NCBI GenBank assembly: GCA_044229815.1
Contig: JBGASI010000005.1
Span: 1-34,142 of the forward strand
Length of the DNA: 34,142 bases
Source of the DNA: Vicinamibacteria bacterium
Lineage (GTDB): Bacteria; Acidobacteriota; Vicinamibacteria; Fen-336
Reading direction: 5' to 3'
Part shown: in pieces, positions 28,243 to 34,142 of the stretch
Position numbering within the stretch: the stretch's first letter is position 1
Layout: each line of letters begins with the position of its first letter
Notes under the pieces: model-generated
Seen by the model: the letters and a program-made list of their open reading frames with translations, nothing else
Database searches by the model: none
What the model was told of the DNA's origin: nothing
Program-made: the position numbers and the translations under genes

Positions 28243-29235
28243 TCAGGCCGGTACGGAGCGCTCGAGCACCGCCTTGACGACCGAGGCGCCGTGGAAGCGC
28301 CCGTTCTCGATGAAGACGCGGTTGCTGTCGGCGCCGGAGACGATGGCGCCGGCGAGGAAGAGACCGGGCACGTTCGTCTCGTAGCTGCGCGGGTCGTGCT
28401 CGGGGCGTAGGCTCGCGGGGTCGACGCGCACGCCGGCGCCCTCGAGCAGGCCGACGTCCGGGCGGTAGCCGGTCAACAGGAAGACCGCCTCGGCCGGCAG
28501 CGTCTCCGGTCCGGCCGGGCCCTCGATCAGCACGCGGTCGCGCCGGATCTCGAGCGGCAGGCTCTCGAAGCGCGCCATGATCGAACCCTCGGCGATCCGG
28601 TTCTCGAGGTCCGGCTTCACCCAGTACTTGACCGAGCCCGACACTCGCTCGCGCCGGTGCACGAGCGTCACCTGGGCGCCGGCGTGGTACAGCGCGAGCG
28701 CGGCCTCGGCCGCCGAGTTGCTCCCGCCCACGACCACGACCTGGCGGCGGTGGTACGGGTGGGGCTCGTCGAAATAGTGGGAGACGTGGGGCAGGTCCTC
28801 GCCCGGAATGCCGAGGCGGTTGGGGTTGTCGTAGTAGCCGGTGGCCACGACGACGTTGCGCGCCCGCCGCGTGCGCTCGGCGGCCGACGGGGCGCTGACG
28901 GTGCGCAGCGCGAAGACCCCGCCCTCGGGGCGGATCTCCAGCACGCGCTCGCCGACGGAGACCGAGAGCCGGCAGGTGTCGACGACCCGGCGGTAGTAGT
29001 TGAGGGCCTCCTCGCGCGTCGGCTTCGCGTTCGGGGTGACGAAGGGCAGGTTGCCGAGCTCGAGCAGCTCCGCCGTCGTGAAGAAGGTCATCCCGCGCGG
29101 GAACCGGTAGAGCGCGTTGACGAGGACACCCTTCTCCAGGACCTCGTAGTCGAGCCCGCCGCGGGCGGCGGCGATCGCGACGGCGAGGCCGGCAGGCCCG
29201 CCCCCGACCACGATCAGGTCGCGCGGTTCTTCCAT
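28243..29235 (-). CDS. ypdA: YpdA-family FAD/NADPH disulfide reductase (putative bacillithiol-type)
   Basis: VGGGPAG, MTFFTTAELLELG, KPTREEALNYY, ATGYYDNPN, VSHYF, GGSNSA, VKYWVKPDLENRI and VFIENGRFHG. Confidence 0.88.
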   Translation of the reverse strand: MEEPRDLIVVGGGPAGLAVAIAAARGGLDYEVLEKGVLVNALYRFPRGMTFFTTAELLELGNLPFVTPNAKPTREEALNYYRRVVDTCRLSVSVGERVLEIRPEGGVFALRTVSAPSAAERTRRARNVVVATGYYDNPNRLGIPGEDLPHVSHYFDEPHPYHRRQVVVVGGSNSAAEAALALYHAGAQVTLVHRRERVSGSVKYWVKPDLENRIAEGSIMARFESLPLEIRRDRVLIEGPAGPETLPAEAVFLLTGYRPDVGLLEGAGVRVDPASLRPEHDPRSYETNVPGLFLAGAIVSGADSNRVFIENGRFHGASVVKAVLERSVPA

Positions 29236-29327
29236 CAGGGCCATCTTACGGGCGTCTTGGCGTCTCGGCAGAATAGGCAAAAGGGTGGAATTGGGCGATT
29301 TCCATGGATCATCGGGCTCATACACGT

Positions 29328-29336
29328 TGCTAGAAT
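29328..29336 (+). promoter_or_regulatory. Extended -10 (TGcTAGAAT) of probable leaderless ku transcript
   Basis: TAGAAT at 29331-29336 lies 6 nt before ATG 29343; no SD is visible. Confidence 0.6.
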
Positions 29337-29342
29337 GCCTCC

Positions 29343-30179
29343 ATGGCTGCCCGCTCCATCGGCACTGGCACACTCTCCTTCGGGATGGTCTCGATCCCGA
29401 TCCGCCTGTACTCGGCCGGCGAGTCGGCCTCGGCGGTCTCGTTCAACCTGCTCCACGGCAAGTGCAAGTCGCGGCTGAAGCAGCAATACGTCTGCCCGAA
29501 GGACAACGAGATCGTCCCGCGCGACCAGATGGTGAAGGGCTACGAGTTCTCGAAGGAGCAGTACGTCACTTTCACCGAGGACGAGCTCAAGGCGATGGCC
29601 GAGGAGTCGCAGAAGGCCATCGAGATCACCGAGTTCGTGCCCGGGGCGACGGTCGACCCCGTGTACTTCGACGGGGCCTACTACCTCGGCCCGGACAAGG
29701 GCGGCGAGAAGGCCTATCGCCTGCTGAACGAGGCGATGAAGCAGACGGGGCGCGCGGCGCTCGCGAAGTGGGCAGCGCGCGGCAAGCAGTACCTCGTGAT
29801 GATCCGGCCCGCGGGCAACGGGCTGGTGATGCAGCAGCTGCTCTACGCGGACGAGGTGCGGCCGATCTCGGAGGTCCCGATCGAGGACGCCGAGGTGAAG
29901 GACAACGAGCTGAAGCTCGCCGTGCAGATCATCGAGCAGATCGCCCGTGACGAGTTCCACCCCGAGAGCTACGAGGACGAGGTCCGCAAGCGCTACCACG
30001 AGGCGATCCAGCGCAAGGTGGAGGGCCAGGAGGTGACGGCGGCCCCCGAGGCCCCGCGCGCGCAGATCATCGACCTGATGGAGGCCCTCAAGGCCAGTCT
30101 CGCCGCGAAGACCGCCGCCAGCGCCGCCGCGGCCGTTGCGCGCGAGCCGGGCGCCGCCACCGGCACGGAAGGCCGCTAG
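29343..30179 (+). CDS. ku: Non-homologous end-joining protein Ku
   Basis: GTLSFGMVSIPIRLYSA, FNLLH, VKGYEF, IEITEFV, DPVYFDGAYYL, AYRLLNEAM and IIDLMEALKASL. Confidence 0.96.
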   Translation: MAARSIGTGTLSFGMVSIPIRLYSAGESASAVSFNLLHGKCKSRLKQQYVCPKDNEIVPRDQMVKGYEFSKEQYVTFTEDELKAMAEESQKAIEITEFVPGATVDPVYFDGAYYLGPDKGGEKAYRLLNEAMKQTGRAALAKWAARGKQYLVMIRPAGNGLVMQQLLYADEVRPISEVPIEDAEVKDNELKLAVQIIEQIARDEFHPESYEDEVRKRYHEAIQRKVEGQEVTAAPEAPRAQIIDLMEALKASLAAKTAASAAAAVAREPGAATGTEGR

Positions 30180-30182
30180 GCG

Positions 30183-30734
30183 TTGCCGGGGCCGCCGCCG
30201 GGAGGAGCCGACTCGCTCGCGCAGGTCGCGCGCGACGTGGTCGCCTGTGAGCGCTGCCCGCGCCTGCGGGGCTGGTGCCGGAAGGTGGCGCGCGAGAAGG
30301 TGAAGCGGTTCCGCGACGAGGAGTACTGGGGCCGGCCGGTCCCGGGCTTCGGCGACGCGCGGGCCCGCCTGCTCGTCGTCGGCCTGGCCCCCGCCGCCCA
30401 CGGCGCCAACCGCACCGGCCGGGTGTTCACCGGCGACCGCTCCGGGGACTTCCTCTTCGCGGGCCTGCACCGCGCGGGCTTCGCCAGCCAGCCGGAGTCG
30501 ACCGGCCGCGAGGACGGGCTCGCCCTGCGCGACTGCTACGTGACGCCGGTCGGGCGCTGCGCCCCGCCGCAGAACCGGCCGACGCCGGCCGAGCTCGGGC
30601 GCTGCCGAGCGTTGTCGCAACAGAACACCTTCACCGGCCGCCTGACCCCCGCGGGCTTCGACGCGGTGCTCCAGGCGGCGAAGAGCCACGCCACGGAAGG
30701 CCGGCGCGCCCCGGCCGGGAGGAAACCTCGATGA
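30183..30734 (+). pseudogene. udgB: Family-5 uracil-DNA glycosylase (UdgB) with large in-frame internal deletion
   Basis: [40 protein letters not shown] and RCAPPQNRP...C are present. The sequence then jumps directly to [11 protein letters not shown], lacking the VALG segment and the H-P of the HPS motif. Confidence 0.75.
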
Positions 30735-31597
30735 CCCGCGCCGCCGCCCTGTTCGCGCTGGCCGCCCTGTGGAGCGCCGCGCCCGCGCAGGCCGAGCCGC
30801 GCTCGGTCAGCTTCCATTCCACGGCGCTCGGCCGCGACGTCTCCTACGTGGTGGACCTGCCGCCGTCCTACGCCGCGGCGCCCACGCGCCGCTACCCCGT
30901 CGTCTACGCCCTGCACGGGCTGTTCGAGGGCCCCGGGTTCTGGGAGAGACGCGGACTCGCACCGATCCTCGCGCGCCTGCGCGAGACCGGCGCCGTGCCG
31001 GAGTTCCTGGTCGTGGCCGTCGACGGCGGCAACTCGTTCTTCGTCAACTCGCCGGCCGGCCGCTTCTTCGACCTGGTGACGCAGGACCTCGTGGCGCACG
31101 TCGAGTCCACCTACCGCGTCGTCCCCGGCCGCGCCTCGCGGGCGCTGCTCGGCGTCTCGATGGGCGGCTACGCCGCGCTGCACGCGGCGTTCGAGCGCCC
31201 GGAGCTGGCGGCGGCCGTCGCGACGCACAGCGCGATGCTGCTCGAGCAGGTCCCCTCGCTCGAGCAGGGCGCCGGCCGCTGGCACATGGCCGCCTTCAAC
31301 GCCGTCTTCGGCAGCCCGATCGACCTCGCGCTGTGGAACGCCAACGACCCGCTGACCCTCGCGCGTCGGGTCGACCCGAAGCAGGCGCCGGCGCTGTACT
31401 TCGACTGCGGCAGCGAGGATCGCTACGGCCTGGCGACGGGCAACCGCGACCTGCACCGCGCCCTCGAGGAGCGTGGCGTCGCCCACGCCTTCGAGCTGGC
31501 GCCGGGCGACCACGGCTACGACTTCGTGCGGGCGCGGCTCGAGAAGAGCCTGCGCTTCCTCGGCGAGCGGCTCAGGCCTCCCGCAGGGCCGAGGTGA
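30731..31597 (+). CDS. Exported putative esterase (alpha/beta hydrolase)
   Basis: ATGA overlap with the udgB stop; signal peptide; [15 protein letters not shown] (GxSxG), DCGSED and GDHGY. Confidence 0.9.
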   Translation: MTRAAALFALAALWSAAPAQAEPRSVSFHSTALGRDVSYVVDLPPSYAAAPTRRYPVVYALHGLFEGPGFWERRGLAPILARLRETGAVPEFLVVAVDGGNSFFVNSPAGRFFDLVTQDLVAHVESTYRVVPGRASRALLGVSMGGYAALHAAFERPELAAAVATHSAMLLEQVPSLEQGAGRWHMAAFNAVFGSPIDLALWNANDPLTLARRVDPKQAPALYFDCGSEDRYGLATGNRDLHRALEERGVAHAFELAPGDHGYDFVRARLEKSLRFLGERLRPPAGPR

Positions 31598-32741
31598 TCG
31601 GCAGCCGCGCGCCGCGCAGGGCGGGCAGCAGGCCGCCGAGCAGGCCCATCAGCAGCGCGAACGTCATCCCCGTCAGCACGATCCCGGGCGTGATGCGGAA
31701 GGCGAAGGCGATCTCGCTGAAGCTCGAGGTCTGCCCGGTGCCGGTCGAGTAGCCGTTCATCGGGAACGCCAGCAGGCAGCCGATCACCCCGCCGACGAGC
31801 GCCAGGATCACCGACTCGATCAGGAACGAGGCCAGGATGGCGCGGCGCGAGAAGCCGAGCGCGCGCAGGGTGCCGATCTCGCGGGTGCGGGCGGCGACGA
31901 TCGCGTACATGGTGTTGATCGCGCCGAACACGGCCCCCACGCCCATCACGATCGCGACGAAGCTGGCGAGGCCCGAGAGCGTGCGGGCGAGCGGCCCGGC
32001 CTGCTCCTCGTAGTACCTGCGCTCCGAGAGCGCCTGCAGCTGCATCTGCGGCTGGGCGCGGATCCAGCGGTCGAGCTCGGGAATCGCGGCCGGGTCCTTC
32101 ATCCGCACGACCAGCGAGTTGCTGCCGGCCCCGCGCTGGAAGATCGCGCCGAGCGTGTCGTAGTCGCCCCACAGCTCGCTCTCGAAGGCGCCGCCCGTCG
32201 ACTCGAAGATGCCGACGATCTTGAACTGCTTCTGCTGGTACTTCACGCTGCCGCCCAGCTGCAGGCCGGCGATCCGGGTGAGCAGCTTGCGGCCGACGAT
32301 CACCTCGTCGAGCCCCGGCGTGAAGCTGCGGCCCTCCACGACGCGGATCCCGCCGCGCACCTCGAAGGCCCGCTGGGTGACCGCGCGCAGCGTCACGTTG
32401 GCCGGCTGGCCGTCGCCGAGGCGCGCCAGGCCGATCACGACCACCCACTCCCAGGACGCGAGCGGCGCGCCGGAGGCGTCGCGCGCGACGCGCTCGTCGA
32501 CCACGATCATGTTGCGGTCGGCCAGCGGGACGCCGGAGGTCAGCTCCGAGCTCGAGCCGCGCTGCACGATCATGGCGTTGTCGGGGCGGCCGGTCGAGCG
32601 CAGGGCGGCCTTGAAGCCCTCCGACATCGACATCAGCACGGCAAACACCGCCACCACCAGCGCGATGCCGCCGACGGCCAGCAGCGTCAGCTGCCAGCGC
32701 ACGCGCACGTTGCGGATGTTGTAGTGGATCGGCAGGGCCAT
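31572..32741 (-). CDS. ABC transporter permease, MacB/FtsX family
   Basis: ATG 32741 (MALPIHYNIRNVRVRW); GAINTMYAIVAARTREIGTLRALGF; GGLLPALRGARL. Confidence 0.92.
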   Translation of the reverse strand: MALPIHYNIRNVRVRWQLTLLAVGGIALVVAVFAVLMSMSEGFKAALRSTGRPDNAMIVQRGSSSELTSGVPLADRNMIVVDERVARDASGAPLASWEWVVVIGLARLGDGQPANVTLRAVTQRAFEVRGGIRVVEGRSFTPGLDEVIVGRKLLTRIAGLQLGGSVKYQQKQFKIVGIFESTGGAFESELWGDYDTLGAIFQRGAGSNSLVVRMKDPAAIPELDRWIRAQPQMQLQALSERRYYEEQAGPLARTLSGLASFVAIVMGVGAVFGAINTMYAIVAARTREIGTLRALGFSRRAILASFLIESVILALVGGVIGCLLAFPMNGYSTGTGQTSSFSEIAFAFRITPGIVLTGMTFALLMGLLGGLLPALRGARLPITSALREA

Positions 32742-32743
32742 CG

Positions 32744-33973
32744 CTACACCGTCCTCAGCATGTCGGTGATCCGGGCGCGGTAGGCGTTGAGCGCCGGCAG
32801 GAAGCCGGCGACGAAGCCGAGAAACAGCGCCACCCCGAAGCCGAGCAGCGCGACGAGCGGCTGCAGGGTGAGCTCGCTCAGGCCGAGCCCCGAGAGCGCG
32901 TCCTTGATCCCCGGCGCGTGGGTCACGACCCAGAGCAGGCCCTTGCTGGAGGCGATGCCGACGGCCCCGCCCAGCACGCCGATCAGCATCGACTCCGCCA
33001 CCACCAGGCCCATCACCTGGCGGCTGGTGAAGCCGAGGGTCTTGAGGACGCCGATCTCCTTGCGCCGCTCGCGCACCGCGATGCTCATCGTGTTCGCGAC
33101 CACGAGCAGGATGGTGAAGGTGACGGCCACGCCGATGCCGTTGAGCAGCAGCGCCAGGTTGCCGGCCATCGCCACGAAGCTCGCCGCGAAGGCCTTCTCG
33201 GTCTCGGTGCGGGTCTGCGCGTCGGAGTTCTCGAACAGCGCGTCGATCGCCTTGCTGACCTCGCCCGCCTTCTCGGGGTCCTCGATCTCGACGTAGTAGG
33301 TGCCCGCCCCGAGGCGGCGGCCGGTGGCCTCGTAGAGGTACTTGAAGTTGAAGACCATCATGTTCGTGTCGGTGCCCGGGTACTTCGCGGGGTCGGTATC
33401 GAAGATGCCCTCGACCACGAACTCGAACGGCCCGTCCCGCTTGCGGTAGGGCGGGATGAAGCTCTCGAGGAAGAAGCTGTCGCCGACCTTCCAGCCGAAG
33501 CGGTCGGCCAGCTTGCGGCCGATCACGCAGCCGCGCAGGTCCTGCAGGAAGGCCTGGTACTGCTGGGGCGGCAGCTGGTACTCGGGGTACATGGCGAAGA
33601 ACGGCTCGGGGTCGACGGCGATGTTCGGGAAGAAGCTGCTGAAGTCGGGCCCGGTGGAGGACTCCTCGGCCGGCTGCTCCTCCTTCTTCGCGGGCAGCGA
33701 GCCGCCGAACCAGGCGTTCACCGCCACCCGCTTGACGCCGGGCACCGACTGGATCCGGCCGCCGTACGAGAGCGGCAGGTTGAAGACGATGCTGACGGAG
33801 TGACGCGTGACCAGCCGCTTGGCGCTCGTGCCGGCGAGCAGGCCGTTGACCTGGGCCAGCACCGACTGCAGCGTGCAGAAGAGGAAGATGCACAGGGCCA
33901 TCGCCAGCACCGTGAGCGCGGTGCGGAACCAGTTGCGACGCAGGTGCTTGAGCAGGTAGGGCAGGAACTTCAT
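32744..33973 (-). CDS. ABC transporter permease, MacB/FtsX family
   Basis: GGAGG SD; [34 protein letters not shown] and GFLPALNA. Confidence 0.93.
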   Translation of the reverse strand: MKFLPYLLKHLRRNWFRTALTVLAMALCIFLFCTLQSVLAQVNGLLAGTSAKRLVTRHSVSIVFNLPLSYGGRIQSVPGVKRVAVNAWFGGSLPAKKEEQPAEESSTGPDFSSFFPNIAVDPEPFFAMYPEYQLPPQQYQAFLQDLRGCVIGRKLADRFGWKVGDSFFLESFIPPYRKRDGPFEFVVEGIFDTDPAKYPGTDTNMMVFNFKYLYEATGRRLGAGTYYVEIEDPEKAGEVSKAIDALFENSDAQTRTETEKAFAASFVAMAGNLALLLNGIGVAVTFTILLVVANTMSIAVRERRKEIGVLKTLGFTSRQVMGLVVAESMLIGVLGGAVGIASSKGLLWVVTHAPGIKDALSGLGLSELTLQPLVALLGFGVALFLGFVAGFLPALNAYRARITDMLRTV

Positions 33974-33986
33974 GGGGCCTCCGCGC

Positions 33987-34142
33987 TCAGTCCCGAAGGA
34001 CGCCCTTCTCGAGGTGGTGCTGCACCCTCGCGCGCTCGGCCGCGCGCGGGTCGTGCGTCACCATCACGATCGTCTTGCCGAAGTCCTTGTTGAGCGTGCC
34101 CATCAGCTCGAGGATCTCGGTCGCGCTCGTGGCGTCGAGGTC
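33987..34142 (-). CDS. ABC transporter ATP-binding protein, LolD/MacB-like (5'-partial)
   Basis: Hand translation: [51 protein letters not shown] (end of D-loop and H-loop). Confidence 0.9.
   Translation of the reverse strand, partial: DLDATSATEILELMGTLNKDFGKTIVMVTHDPRAAERARVQHHLEKGVLRD

Noticed and set aside
1-34142. Genome-wide UGA reassignment (genetic code 4 or 25) as the cause of the in-frame TGAs
   Set aside because: TGA ends many genes at their expected C-termini (araA, TonB receptor, M20 peptidase, ABC ATPase), TGG is used for Trp, and the internal TGAs sit at Cys-type positions.
1-34142. CRISPR arrays, tRNA (including selC), rRNA, transposases or integrases
   Set aside because: None were recognised. 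The intergenic gaps are short and lack such structure by eye; no covariance search was run.

Overview
Very GC-rich bacterial DNA. Gene content (Oar-type TonB receptor, MacB-type permeases, M14/M20 peptidases) resembles Acidobacteriota, but this is inference only. About 24 genes are present: a partial CheB-CheR fusion, a disrupted glycogen phosphorylase, two GH5-like hydrolases, araA, a small-protein/nucleotidyltransferase pair, a LacI-type-sensor GGDEF protein, a tandem YjbQ-like protein, a membrane Ser/Thr kinase, YpdA, Ku, a UdgB with an internal deletion, an esterase and an ABC exporter. The main signal is at 22.4-25.6 kb, where three consecutive genes each carry one in-frame TGA that splits them in the ORF track. 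They are an APC amino-acid permease (L-U-G-A-L), a membrane-anchored DUF3179 protein (Y-U-T-L-C, UxxC) and an AhpD/CMD-like protein (C-H-Y-U, CxxU). Each TGA falls where a Cys is expected. Two have clear SECIS-like hairpins right after the TGA; the permease hairpin is weaker. The permease is translationally coupled to a TonB-dependent receptor. This suggests an import-plus-redox selenoprotein module that may include a selenocysteine-containing transporter. Many genes also appear leaderless, with a -10 hexamer 6-7 nt before the start codon. No RNA genes, CRISPR arrays or transposases were seen.
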